A DNA stretch of 64,000 bases from Candidatus Sericytochromatia bacterium. GTDB lineage: Bacteria > Cyanobacteriota > Sericytochromatia > S15B-MN24 > JAQBPE01. The notes beneath the pieces were generated by a model, which was given only the letters and a program-made list of their open reading frames with translations, had not been told where the DNA came from and searched no databases. Positions within the stretch are counted from its first letter, which is position 1. The number at the start of each line of letters is the position of its first letter. The DNA lies in contig JBBAPZ010000004.1 in assembly GCA_040400605.1 (NCBI GenBank), positions 158,353 to 222,352 on the forward strand, in the 5' to 3' direction. Positions 48,558 to 58,472 of the stretch are shown one piece after another. The position numbers were made by a program, and so were the translations under genes.

Positions 48558-49410
48558 AACTTGGGGTGCCGTGACGGCGTGCTGGACAACCGGCCTTGCC
48601 TTCTTGGCCTTTCTATTTGCCTTGGTGCTGAAGCGTGGGGCAATGACCTGGGTCGGGCGCGGGCTCATGGGGGCCGGCTTGGTCGGCGCGCTTGTCACGC
48701 TGGTTGCTCGTGGGCTGGTTGCGCAACACGCGCCTTGGTCAAATCTATGGGAGAGCATGGTAACCCTGCTATTTTGGGTTTTGGTGTTTTACTTCGTGAC
48801 AGAGATTTGGTACCGCCCGCGACATTTTGGTTTGATTGCTTCTCCTTTGGCATTTCTGACGATTGCGTCGGCTTCGATGCTGCCGGCCGGATTCAAGGGT
48901 GCGGCGCCGTTAATGCCCGCGCTGCAAAGTTATTGGATCAAGATACACGTCGTGATCATCATCAGCAGTTATGCCGCGTTCACCATGGCTTTTGCGGCGG
49001 CTTTGGGCTATTTTTTCTTCCGATGGCGAGCGGGGTCACAGGCATTGGTGTCAGCCGGTGGTCCGGAGGTGTCGCACGCCGCGGATTTCAACGCGCAATT
49101 GGCGTTTTTTGATGAACTGACCTACCGGCTGATTTTGCTTGGTTTTCCCTTGTTAATGGTTGGCATCATCACTGGCGCGATGTGGGCCAACAATGCGTGG
49201 GGCACCTACTGGAGCTGGGATCCGAAGGAAACATGGTCGCTTATCACCTGGTTTGTGTACGCGGCATATCTTCACGCCCGAATCACGCACGACTGGGCTG
49301 GCGACAAAGCCTGCGGACTGGCGGTGCTTGGCTTCGTTGCGATGCTGATTACCTACATTGGAGTCAATTACCTGTCATCAGGCTTGCACTCGTACGGGTT
49401 CATCCGTTGA
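48532..49410 (+). CDS. ccsA: cytochrome c biogenesis system II protein CcsA/ResC
   Basis: PWSNLWES, PALQSYW..IH, GAMWANNAWGTYWSWDPKETW, GLHSYG. Confidence 0.96.
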   Translation: MVVNWPELETWGAVTACWTTGLAFLAFLFALVLKRGAMTWVGRGLMGAGLVGALVTLVARGLVAQHAPWSNLWESMVTLLFWVLVFYFVTEIWYRPRHFGLIASPLAFLTIASASMLPAGFKGAAPLMPALQSYWIKIHVVIIISSYAAFTMAFAAALGYFFFRWRAGSQALVSAGGPEVSHAADFNAQLAFFDELTYRLILLGFPLLMVGIITGAMWANNAWGTYWSWDPKETWSLITWFVYAAYLHARITHDWAGDKACGLAVLGFVAMLITYIGVNYLSSGLHSYGFIR

Positions 49411-50205
49411 ACCCTCGCGTGCAACCGCCCAGTAAGCGATGCGTTCGGTGTGCGGGCCAAGCTTTCCAAAACTGAAGCACGGGTAGGCTGCAATCAGGTC
49501 AAAGCCTGCAGCGTCAAGCCAAGATGCGATCGCCTCGGCGTCATAGCCCCTCGCCTGATGTCGAACCGTCACACGTCGATGGCTGCTGCCGCCTTCCTCC
49601 CGGATGTAATAGGTGGCCTCCAAGTGCGCCAAACCCGTTGCAGGCTCGTAGCGCGTGCGCCAAATGCGCGCATAGTCATCAGCAAGATAGCTGTCATGGC
49701 TTTTTCCCCATACCTGAGCCAATGCATAAGGCGTATTCACATCGAAAAAGAAGACCCCCCCGACGCGTAACTGCGCACGCACCGCCACGAACATCGCTTG
49801 AACATCCTGGACTCTCACAAGATGGTTCACGCTGTCAAAGTAACACGTGACGAGATCAAAACACCCAAGAGGCGCAGGATCTGTCATCAGCCGGTTATGC
49901 CACTGCACGGTGACACCCCAGTGCCGGGCCCGCGCACGAGCCCTTTCAAGCATCGCAGGCGATGCATCGGCGCCTGACAGTTCAAAACGACGCCTGGCAA
50001 GCGCGACAGCCGCGGCTCCTGTACCGCAGGCGAGATCCAGCACGCGCCGTGGCGTCATCCGGTGAATCGCCAAACACTCCATTAAATAAGCCGTCATCCG
50101 GAGACTGAAACGACTCTGTCCGCTTTGATCATACACCGCCGCGATCGCCTCGTAAAACGACCACGAATCATCGATTCCCCCACAAGCGGAACCATTTACC
50201 GCCAT
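49378..50205 (-). CDS. class I SAM-dependent methyltransferase
   Basis: VLDLACGTG, DASPAML, FDSVNHL, GGVFFFDVNT. Start placed at ATG 50205. Convergent overlap with ccsA. Confidence 0.9.
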   Translation of the reverse strand: MAVNGSACGGIDDSWSFYEAIAAVYDQSGQSRFSLRMTAYLMECLAIHRMTPRRVLDLACGTGAAAVALARRRFELSGADASPAMLERARARARHWGVTVQWHNRLMTDPAPLGCFDLVTCYFDSVNHLVRVQDVQAMFVAVRAQLRVGGVFFFDVNTPYALAQVWGKSHDSYLADDYARIWRTRYEPATGLAHLEATYYIREEGGSSHRRVTVRHQARGYDAEAIASWLDAAGFDLIAAYPCFSFGKLGPHTERIAYWAVAREGSTDEPVRVQA

Positions 50206-50462
50206 TAATACCTTCCTTGCTACGTATAATTCAACCATCTTTGGGTAAGAATTCTGCGGAATCCCCTGAGAATACGCAAGTTTTGAGGAAATACACCCGA
50301 TAATCACCTCGCTTGTTTGTTATGAAAAAATTAAATAATTGTAAAAAAAAATTAAAATTCATCCATTCACGCGCAAACGAGAGAAAGGATGCAAAAAACG
50401 AAGAATAATACCTGATTTTCGGGGAATATCGGGTTTGGAAGCAATGGGTTTCACCTCTTATC

Positions 50463-51587
50463 ATGGGGATGTTTACGTTGAAAGCAACATATCCAGCGGT
50501 GCAGGCTGTTGGATGGAGGAGGAAGGAATTGCCAAGTTTGATTTCTGACGAATTGACTCTGGACGGCGCGGGCGCTGCGGGCTTTGAGGACGTGAACATG
50601 CTACCGGATGCGGAACTCGTCGTTTTGCAGCGGCGTCCCAGCATCGAGCAGGATGAAGTTGAGGCGGTCGCGGGTGACCTGATTGATGAAGAGGGTGAGG
50701 AGAGCGGGCAGGTTCAGGCAGCTGCTGTGCCCAGCCCTGCACTTGAACAATCGGATGATTCAATCCGCATGTACCTGCAAGAGATTGGTAAAAAGCGGTT
50801 GATTACCCACGCGGAGGAATTGGAGTTCGCGCGGAAGATTGCGGGGGGTGGACCAGAGGGCGAGAAGGCCAAGCATCGCCTCGTGTCGGCGAATTTGCGG
50901 CTGGTGGTGAGCATTGCGCGCAAGCATTTGGGGCGTGGCCTGTCCTTTTTGGACTTGATCCAGGAAGGCAACATGGGTTTGATGCGTGCGGCGGAAAAAT
51001 ACGATTATCGCAAGGGCTACAAATTCAGCACGTATGCGACGTGGTGGATTCGTCAGGCGATTACCCGCGCCATTGCGGATCAAGGACGGACCATTCGGGT
51101 GCCTGTTCACATGGTGGAGACAATTAGCCGGGTCAAGAAGACCATTCGCTTGATGAGTCAACGTCTCGGACGCCAGCCGAACGAGGTGGAAGTTGCCGAC
51201 GAACTTCAGATTACGGTTGAAAAGCTGCGTGAGATCACCAAGGCGGACCAAGAACCAGTATCGCTCGAGACGCCCATCGGTAAGGAAGAGGATTCGCGCC
51301 TCGGTGACATCATCAAGGATCAGCACACGGCTTCCCCGCCTGCGACGGCCTTGCAACGGATGTTGTGTGAAGATGTGAACAACCTTTTGGAAACCCATTT
51401 GACGGATCGTGAACGTTACGTCGTCAGGCGTCGGTTTGGTTTGGATGGTGGACAGCAACGGACGTTGGAAGGCATTGGACATGACATGGGTGTCACGCGT
51501 GAACGGGTGCGACAGATTGAAGCGAAAGCACTAAACAAGCTGCGGATGTCGATGCAAAAGGAACAGTTGCGCGGTTATCTCAGTTAG
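50463..51587 (+). CDS. rpoD: RpoD/SigA-family sigma-70 factor
   Basis: [56 protein letters not shown]. Start uncertain; could be a group 2 paralog. Confidence 0.88.
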   Translation: MGMFTLKATYPAVQAVGWRRKELPSLISDELTLDGAGAAGFEDVNMLPDAELVVLQRRPSIEQDEVEAVAGDLIDEEGEESGQVQAAAVPSPALEQSDDSIRMYLQEIGKKRLITHAEELEFARKIAGGGPEGEKAKHRLVSANLRLVVSIARKHLGRGLSFLDLIQEGNMGLMRAAEKYDYRKGYKFSTYATWWIRQAITRAIADQGRTIRVPVHMVETISRVKKTIRLMSQRLGRQPNEVEVADELQITVEKLREITKADQEPVSLETPIGKEEDSRLGDIIKDQHTASPPATALQRMLCEDVNNLLETHLTDRERYVVRRRFGLDGGQQRTLEGIGHDMGVTRERVRQIEAKALNKLRMSMQKEQLRGYLS

Positions 51588-51607
51588 GACACGGTCCAGG
51601 ATAGGGT

Positions 51608-51643
51608 CCCGAGTGGGTTATCGCGTGACGGTGCCCACTCGGG
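51608..51643 (+). terminator. stem-loop after the sigma gene (possible terminator)
   Basis: Perfect 10-bp inverted repeat CCCGAGTGGG/CCCACTCGGG, 20 nt after the stop, followed by a weak T-rich tail. Confidence 0.55.
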
Positions 51644-52254
51644 CTGTTCGTTTGGCTGAACCCTTTCTTCCGAATCCGTGGGGAGTTTTTCGTCGTCAGT
51701 GCGTCGCTTTGCCTACTACGCGTTCTGACGCCACTGCGGCGTGCGTGCCGTGAACTATCTCGCCGTGCCTTGATTACCGGAGCTACCTGTTGTCAGGCAC
51801 GATACGGTGAATTTGACTCGCAGCAGTCTCCAGGCCGCGAGCTGATACGGATTTCATTTTTTTACAACGGTTTGTGGCACGGCACCACGATTGCGGGTCC
51901 TTTGTTTGTTAAAAATGCCGAAAACCCCTGCTTTTAGACGTTGGGATACCAGGCGTGCGGTGTGAACCGCGATATGTTCCGCAGATAAGACGTGTGTTTG
52001 CGCTGGCTGATTCCTTGTTCTATCAATGCACAATCACGGCTGCACATACTTTGAATGATCATTTCATATACACAAAAACAGCGCAAAAGCTTGAATTCAA
52101 GCGGTTCGGGTACATCATGCTTGGTGGTCCCTTGAAGCTGCAATTTTTTGAAATTTGTGTCGTTCATCACAGAATTCTGGTGAGTGGAATCATAATCTGT
52201 TAGACAGGGGTTTGGCGTGCTGAGGCAAATCCGCAGGTTGCAGGAGGAACGAAC

Positions 52255-53532
52255 GTGGAACGGCTTGTCGTTGAAGGTGGGCAAAGTTTTTCAGGCAGCG
52301 TGACCATCAGTGGCGCCAAGAATTCCGCACTCGCGCTGATTGCAGGGACTTTGCTGGCGGATGGTGTGACAATCTTGGGCAATGTTCCGCAGTTGTTGGA
52401 TGTGCGGGTTATTACGGATGTGTTGTCCTCGTTGGGTGCGCAGACGGAGTTGTTGCCCGGCGGGCAATTGCGTGTGGATGCGCGGGGTGTCAATCACTAC
52501 GAGGCGCCTTATGATTTGGTGACCAAAATGCGGGCGTCATTCTTTGTGTTGGGTCCCATTTTGGCGCGCACCGGTCGCGCGAAGATTCCACTTCCCGGTG
52601 GGTGTGCGATTGGGTCGCGGCCCGTTGACCTGCACTTGAAAGGCCTGCGTGCGTTGGGTGCTCAAGTGTACATCGAACACGGCTTTGTTGAAGCGGTGGC
52701 TGAGAAATTGTATGGCGCCAACATTTATTTGGATTACCCGAGTGTTGGCGCGACCGAAAACATCATGATGGCAGCTACTTTGGCTGATGGCATCACGGTG
52801 ATTGAGAACTGCGCACAAGAGCCGGAGGTGGTGGACCTCGCTGACATGCTGAATGCGATGGGTGCGCGGGTACGTGGTGCCGGTACGGAAACGATTGTGA
52901 TTGAGGGTGTGTCCCGCCTGCACGGTTGTGAGCATCGAGTCATTCCGGATCGCATCGAAGCTGGGACGTTTATGATGGGTGCTGCAATCACACGGGGAGA
53001 GCTGCGGTTGAATGGCGTGCGCCTGGACCACATGCAAGCGACCGTCAGCAAGTTGCAGGAGATGGGTGTCTTGATTCAGGCCGATGGGCCGGACGGTGTC
53101 ATCGTCAAGGGGCATTCGGAGTTGACCCCCGTTGACGTGCGGACCATGCCCTATCCTGGTTTTCCGACGGATTTGCAAGCGCCGATGATGGCGCTCCTCG
53201 CAACTGTCAAGGGTACCAGTATCATTACTGAAACAGTATTCGAGAACCGTTTTTTGCATGTGGATGAACTGTTACGGATGGGCGCTAACATCAAGACCGA
53301 GGGTAATGCGGCGGTGATTGTTGGTGTGGATCGCCTTTCGGGGGCGCCGGTCCAGGCGACGGATTTGCGAGCTGGTGCTGCGCTCTTGATTGCGGCCCTC
53401 ACTGCCGATGGTCAATCCAGCGTCGGTGCCTTGCATCATATCGACCGCGGCTATGAGGACATCGTCACCAAGTTTGCAGACGGCGGGGTTAATGTTAGCC
53501 GACTGGTGGCTTGCGACCCTTTACTGGTATAG
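52255..53532 (+). CDS. murA: UDP-N-acetylglucosamine 1-carboxyvinyltransferase
   Basis: GAKNSAL, MRASF, LPGGCAIGSRPVDLH, SVGATEN, PGFPTD, FENRF, TDLRAG. SD AGGAGG upstream. Confidence 0.97.
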   Translation: MERLVVEGGQSFSGSVTISGAKNSALALIAGTLLADGVTILGNVPQLLDVRVITDVLSSLGAQTELLPGGQLRVDARGVNHYEAPYDLVTKMRASFFVLGPILARTGRAKIPLPGGCAIGSRPVDLHLKGLRALGAQVYIEHGFVEAVAEKLYGANIYLDYPSVGATENIMMAATLADGITVIENCAQEPEVVDLADMLNAMGARVRGAGTETIVIEGVSRLHGCEHRVIPDRIEAGTFMMGAAITRGELRLNGVRLDHMQATVSKLQEMGVLIQADGPDGVIVKGHSELTPVDVRTMPYPGFPTDLQAPMMALLATVKGTSIITETVFENRFLHVDELLRMGANIKTEGNAAVIVGVDRLSGAPVQATDLRAGAALLIAALTADGQSSVGALHHIDRGYEDIVTKFADGGVNVSRLVACDPLLV

Positions 53533-53581
53533 GGTAAGCATTTCTCCGCCAGTGGGGCTTACCTTGGGTTTTACTCAGAAC

Positions 53582-55030
53582 ATGTTGCTGCCAGTCAGAG
53601 ACAGGTCGGAAGACGTTCGATGGGCGTGTCTTGCCGTTCGGGCGTCGTTATCGTTACTGATTTTGCTGATTGCTTCCTCGTTCAATTCTTCCAGCGTCGC
53701 GTCGGCGGCCGCAGCGGGATTGACTGTTCATCATACACGTGATGAGGCAGGCTATACCTTGCGGGTACCGCTTGCCCCAGAATCGCGTTGGCTGGAGCGC
53801 AGTTCCGCCAGCGCCTGGAACCTCCGCGTGGATGGTGTGAATCTGTTTTTGGATGACGCGGAACCGGATGGACGCCCAGGCGGCTTGCAGTGCGTCAATG
53901 ATGTGACCGGTTGTGAGCTGCGGATGCCTTGGCCCTATCGGTACGTGACGAAGGTTCAGCCCTCCGATGATGGTGGGACACTGCTTGTTCGCTTGGATGC
54001 CCGTTATCGTTTGGTTGAATCAGAGGTGTTGGCGCCTGAGATTGAGTATCGCTTGATCAAGATGGCAAACGGTCTCGATCCCGTCGTGGTTCACCAAGTC
54101 CTGGTGCGCGCCGTTCAAACGGCTTATCGCTTGAAACCGGCCTTGATGGACGGCCCTCATGATGCGTTGCAGCCGTTGGCACGGTTGGCTGCAAGCCATA
54201 GTGCACTGGTTGGAATCAACGCCGGCTATTTTGCCATGGGAAGTGCTTCACCGCTTGGTTTGTTGGTTCGCAATCGTCAGATTTTGGCGATGCCCTTGTT
54301 TGACCGCAGTGCCTTGCTCCTTGATGAATCGAACCGAGCCAGTATTGGGCACACCCAAGCAGCCTATCACCTCAAATTACCTCATGGCGAAAGCCTGGAC
54401 GTTGACGCGCTCAATCGTCTCCCCGGCCAGCATCAGTTAACGGTGATTGCCGAAGGACGTGCCGTCCCGCGTTTAACCGAATCCACGTGGGCGATGCTCA
54501 GGGATTCGCGTGGTGTCTTAACCCCACTGCAAACGGAGGGTCTATCAGTGCCGGCAGGTCATGTCTTGTTGCTTGCTACCGGGCAGTGTGCCGACTGGTT
54601 AAAGCGCCGGGTTCAGGCTGGCGATCGCCTGGATTTGGAAAACACTTTATTAACACAATGGCCAGCCATCGAACATGTCTTGGCCGCAGGCCCACGTTTG
54701 CTTGAAAATGGACAGGTAGCCATTTCCGGTGCGCGCGAACAGTTCAAGCCGGATGTCGTGTGGGGGCGCGCGCCACGCTCGGCCCTTGGAATACTGAAAG
54801 ACGGCTCGGTGCTGATTGTGAGTGTGGACGGACGCATGCCTGGAATCAGCCACGGGATGACCTTGGTGGAACTGGCCACCCATTTGCAGTCTGAAGGGGC
54901 GCTTGACGCATTGAATCTGGACGGCGGCGGTTCCACAACGTTGTATGTTCGAGATCGCGTCGTGAACCACCCCTCAGATGGAACGGAGCGGCCGATACAT
55001 AATGCTTTGCTGCTTGTGAAGGCCGATTGA
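53582..55030 (+). CDS. exported phosphodiester glycosidase (NAGPA-family) protein
   Basis: Signal-like N-terminus, GINAGYF, AGPRLL, PRSALG, VDGR, ALNLDGGGST, RPIHNAL. Start placed at ATG 53582. Confidence 0.88.
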   Translation: MLLPVRDRSEDVRWACLAVRASLSLLILLIASSFNSSSVASAAAAGLTVHHTRDEAGYTLRVPLAPESRWLERSSASAWNLRVDGVNLFLDDAEPDGRPGGLQCVNDVTGCELRMPWPYRYVTKVQPSDDGGTLLVRLDARYRLVESEVLAPEIEYRLIKMANGLDPVVVHQVLVRAVQTAYRLKPALMDGPHDALQPLARLAASHSALVGINAGYFAMGSASPLGLLVRNRQILAMPLFDRSALLLDESNRASIGHTQAAYHLKLPHGESLDVDALNRLPGQHQLTVIAEGRAVPRLTESTWAMLRDSRGVLTPLQTEGLSVPAGHVLLLATGQCADWLKRRVQAGDRLDLENTLLTQWPAIEHVLAAGPRLLENGQVAISGAREQFKPDVVWGRAPRSALGILKDGSVLIVSVDGRMPGISHGMTLVELATHLQSEGALDALNLDGGGSTTLYVRDRVVNHPSDGTERPIHNALLLVKAD

Positions 55031-55131
55031 ACCATCCGGGGACGTTCGATGATAAACTGCTGACGGTTTCTCGATCGCCTCAGCTGTCGCCTGTAACGCA
55101 GCACAAGCGTTAATCTGAAAAAAGGAACGCA

Positions 55132-55623
55132 ATGTCACAACCAATTGTCGCGACGCTTGGTTATTTATTGGATGAATCCAGCGATCGGGTGTTGTTGATT
55201 CATCGACATGGTCGTCGCGGTGACCCTCATCTTGGTAAATACAATGGTCTTGGGGGGAAGCTTGAGTCCGACGAATCGGTTCTGGAGTGTTTAGCCCGCG
55301 AATTCAAGGAAGAAGCGGGGATCCAGATTCTTGAACCGGAATTGCGCGGGGTGATTCACTGGCCTGGATTTGGTCAGGCTGGTGACGCTTGGCTCGGCTT
55401 CATTTTTTTAATCCGCGCGTGGGTTGGCGAACCGATGACGGTTAATCCCGAAGGAACATTGGCTTGGCATCCGGTAGGGGCATTGTTGTCGGGTAGGTTG
55501 CCGATTTGGGCGGGTGATCGGCACTTTTTACCACTGGTTTTTGACCGCAATCCGCGCCCTTTCGACGGCGTGATGCCTTATGAAAACGGCCAGCCGACTG
55601 GTTGGCGTTTTCAATGGATGTGA
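55132..55623 (+). CDS. NUDIX hydrolase (8-oxo-dGTP diphosphatase, MutX-like)
   Basis: Nudix box GLGGKLESDESVLECLAREFKEEAG, plus EGTLAW and WAGDRHF. Confidence 0.92.
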   Translation: MSQPIVATLGYLLDESSDRVLLIHRHGRRGDPHLGKYNGLGGKLESDESVLECLAREFKEEAGIQILEPELRGVIHWPGFGQAGDAWLGFIFLIRAWVGEPMTVNPEGTLAWHPVGALLSGRLPIWAGDRHFLPLVFDRNPRPFDGVMPYENGQPTGWRFQWM

Positions 55624-55642
55624 GCGTTCAAGAGCGTTGGAG

Positions 55643-56248
55643 TTATTTGGGCTTGACTTCAAGACGACCAGGCGTCAAGGTCAGGATAAATTCCGATGTG
55701 CCCATGCCTGATAGCATCGCTTTCGGCAACATGAACCCATCGGGATTCACCGACGCTAAAAACGCGTTAGGGCCGGCCACGCTATGTGGTACGACTTCCA
55801 GCGCATCATCCAGTTGCCGAATGCCCACTTGATTGACCGAATCAACAATGAGTTCGGCCTTTTTTACCAAGCCCGCACCAATGCGCATGCGACCGGATGC
55901 ATCGATCTTTCGCTCGATCACCTCTGAAGCGGACGCACCGATTTCCACCTTTGGCGCCACTGGTGTCGTGACTGCTTTGGGAACGGTTCTGGAAGCGACT
56001 GCATCATTGCTCGGCGTCGAATGATTGCCAGGTGCCGGTAAGCCACCTTGTCCTTCCAGTGCTTGAAGCGTTCCTTTCACTTGCGCGCGCACGATTTCCT
56101 TGGCCGCGTCACTTAAACCGACATAGGGTTTAAGCCAAGGGTGGGTTTTGCGATCCGGGTTTAGAATTGGGCCAAAAATCCAACCTTGTTTGGCCATGGC
56201 GACAAACCACGCTTGGTGGCTGGCGTCTGCGATCTTCTCAAGATCCAT
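55643..56248 (-). CDS. RyR-domain protein with unknown C-terminal domain
   Basis: IADASHQAW...QGWIFGP...KTHPWLKPY..L...KE matches the RyR repeat consensus. A Pro/Ala linker follows, then ERKIDASGRMRIG. Confidence 0.75.
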   Translation of the reverse strand: MDLEKIADASHQAWFVAMAKQGWIFGPILNPDRKTHPWLKPYVGLSDAAKEIVRAQVKGTLQALEGQGGLPAPGNHSTPSNDAVASRTVPKAVTTPVAPKVEIGASASEVIERKIDASGRMRIGAGLVKKAELIVDSVNQVGIRQLDDALEVVPHSVAGPNAFLASVNPDGFMLPKAMLSGMGTSEFILTLTPGRLEVKPK

Positions 56249-56795
56249 GTCAGGATTCCTTTTTCAATGTGACAACCGTCGCGTTCAGGATTCAGTTACC
56301 GTATCCCAGTTGTTCGGTGGGCACAGTGTACCCAATGCGCGATAAGTTTTCAGGGTTTGTGATCACCAAAGTGGCAAAAATTTCAGATAGCCTATCACGT
56401 GCAACGCGCCAGCGTTTTGTCAGTTTAAATGAGGGACCGGAGACCCTCGCCCGCCATGCGCCGATCCAAATGAGGGAATGGCTGAAAAGACACCTTGAAG
56501 ACCTCAAGTCGATGGCGCTTACAATGCTGTCCTCTCGTCACTTTCATCTCAAGCGCCAAACAGGCAGTTGCGAGAACCCTCAGTGGTCAGATGCCGGTCA
56601 ACGGGTTGCCCGGAGAACCATCAACCAGACCGATCGGGCTGAGCGATACCGGCATCACCACGCCGCAAAAACCACGCAATGGTGCTACCTACCGCCGAAT
56701 GCGACAAACATTTTACAAACACTCAGTCAATCTGATGGTTGGGTTGCCCCGGAAACAAATCCATCCGAGCCGAGCGGCGGAAAATCGGTTGGGCG

Positions 56796-57227
56796 TTACT
56801 CGCCGTGGGCCTCGGCCACCTGCAGCCGTTTATGGATATCAATCGCGGAACCTGGGTGCCAGATACCGTTTACATCCTGGGCGCCGATCACCAGTTCGGA
56901 CTTTTTGCGGCGTTTGGGGTTACCATCATGGGCAATCAACAACACCTGATAACGCCCCGGCGGAATCAGGCGCAAGGACGCGACGTAACGTGGGCGCTCT
57001 TTTGGCCCGCTTGCCGACTTGACGTACCCGTTTTCTTCCACGACAACTGGCTCCATCTCTACATGAATGAAGGGGAAGTCGCCAGCAATCACCCGCGCTT
57101 CGTGAGTTTTAACAATGTGGGACGCTTGATAACCCATTAATCCCAGTACCAGAATCATGCTGCCAAAACCCAGCACCAAGAGGGTGCGCGTTCGACGTTG
57201 CCCCGTTTTATTGTGCTGATGAGACAT
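56796..57227 (-). CDS. hypothetical membrane-anchored protein
   Basis: SD AAGGAG upstream, basic N-terminus, one TM segment, then a beta-rich region. Confidence 0.6.
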   Translation of the reverse strand: MSHQHNKTGQRRTRTLLVLGFGSMILVLGLMGYQASHIVKTHEARVIAGDFPFIHVEMEPVVVEENGYVKSASGPKERPRYVASLRLIPPGRYQVLLIAHDGNPKRRKKSELVIGAQDVNGIWHPGSAIDIHKRLQVAEAHGE

Positions 57228-57401
57228 GGCGAATGGAACTCCTTTGCATTCATTTTAATGGGCCTTCATCGTTCTGGCGAGTGACAGGTGGCGCTTGGCG
57301 CACTTTGAATCCGTGATACTATGTGAGCAGGGGTATTCGTGCGATGGGGCACGGTCAGGAATTCCGTGTCACGCGCAGATCCCGACAAAGGAGATTGGAT
57401 C

Positions 57402-58469
57402 GTGACAACGCGTACAGAGGCTTCTGCCAGCAGCTTGTCTGAGCAGATTTTGGTTCCTTCACTCACGCCGGAACGCAAGCGTGTCATTCATGAACGCATG
57501 GTGGTCAGTCGCATCGTGGATGAGGTGACCATCAAAATGAACCGTGCCGGCCAAGGGTACTTTTGGATTGGTGGCCCCGGTGAGGAAGCGTTTGGTGTCA
57601 GTTTGGGTTTGCAGGTCCAAAAAGGCCAAGGACCGCAATTTGATTATCTGCATCTGCATTATCGGAGCAATCCGATTCTGATGGCGATGGGTGCCGATCC
57701 TATCGATACCTTGAGACAGATGCGCTCAACGGCAACGGATCCTTACTCTGGTGGACGCAATTTCGTCAACCACTACGCCATTCACGCCTGGAACGTGGCG
57801 CCAGTGACGCCGACGATTGAGACGCAGTATGTGGTGGCACCAGGAACAGCCTGGATGCAAAAAAAGGCGGGGGGCACCGGTATCACGATCGTCAACGGTG
57901 GCGATGCGGGTACGGCGGAGGGTGATTTTGCATCGTGTCTCAACTGGTCCACGATGCCCGGTCGTGAATTGCCGATTCTAATCATTGTAAACCACAATCG
58001 ATACGGGATTTCGACGCCATCTGATACGGTGCAGAGTTCGCCGAATTTGGCTGAGCGCGCGCGACCCTATGGCATTGAAACCGCGGTCGTCGATGGTACT
58101 GATGTGTTAGCCAGTTGGGATGCCATTGCACGGGCGATGCATTATTGCCGCACGACGCGCAGACCCTATTGTCTACAGGCGGATGTAAGCCGCTTGCACG
58201 GGCATTCCAGTGCATCCGGGGCAAATCGGGTGGATGAAGTCGACCCAATTGAGAGTTTTGAATCGCATCTCATGGAGTCGGGGATCATGACGCAACAGGA
58301 TTGTGAAGCGGTTTGGGATTATTGGCGTTCGGAGTTGCGTGAAGGATTGAAGCGGGTACTTGATGAACCCTTGCCTGCCGCGTCGGATCGGGACAGATTC
58401 ATTTTTTATACCGGTGAGGCGCCCCCAAGAACGGAATGGGGTTTTAACTATACGCAAGGAGGGTTTTAA
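57402..58469 (+). CDS. TPP-dependent 2-oxoacid dehydrogenase E1 alpha subunit
   Basis: GPGEEA, LHYR, GGDAGTAEGDF...NHNRYGIS (TPP motif), RLHGHSS. GTG 57402 with SD AAGGAGA. Confidence 0.9.
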   Translation: MTTRTEASASSLSEQILVPSLTPERKRVIHERMVVSRIVDEVTIKMNRAGQGYFWIGGPGEEAFGVSLGLQVQKGQGPQFDYLHLHYRSNPILMAMGADPIDTLRQMRSTATDPYSGGRNFVNHYAIHAWNVAPVTPTIETQYVVAPGTAWMQKKAGGTGITIVNGGDAGTAEGDFASCLNWSTMPGRELPILIIVNHNRYGISTPSDTVQSSPNLAERARPYGIETAVVDGTDVLASWDAIARAMHYCRTTRRPYCLQADVSRLHGHSSASGANRVDEVDPIESFESHLMESGIMTQQDCEAVWDYWRSELREGLKRVLDEPLPAASDRDRFIFYTGEAPPRTEWGFNYTQGGF

Positions 58470-58472
58470 GCC

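Noticed and set aside
50225..50410. Specific promoter call in the AT-rich region before the sigma gene
   Set aside because: TATAAT and A-tracts are present, but I could not assign a properly spaced -35/-10 pair.
53390..53581. N-terminal extension of the NAGPA-family ORF
   Set aside because: Overlaps murA. The signal-peptide-like sequence begins after ATG 53582.
56167..56949. 260-aa plus-strand ORF
   Set aside because: Overlaps two better-supported minus-strand genes and has no recognisable motif. A shorter gene in 56335-56790 cannot be fully excluded.
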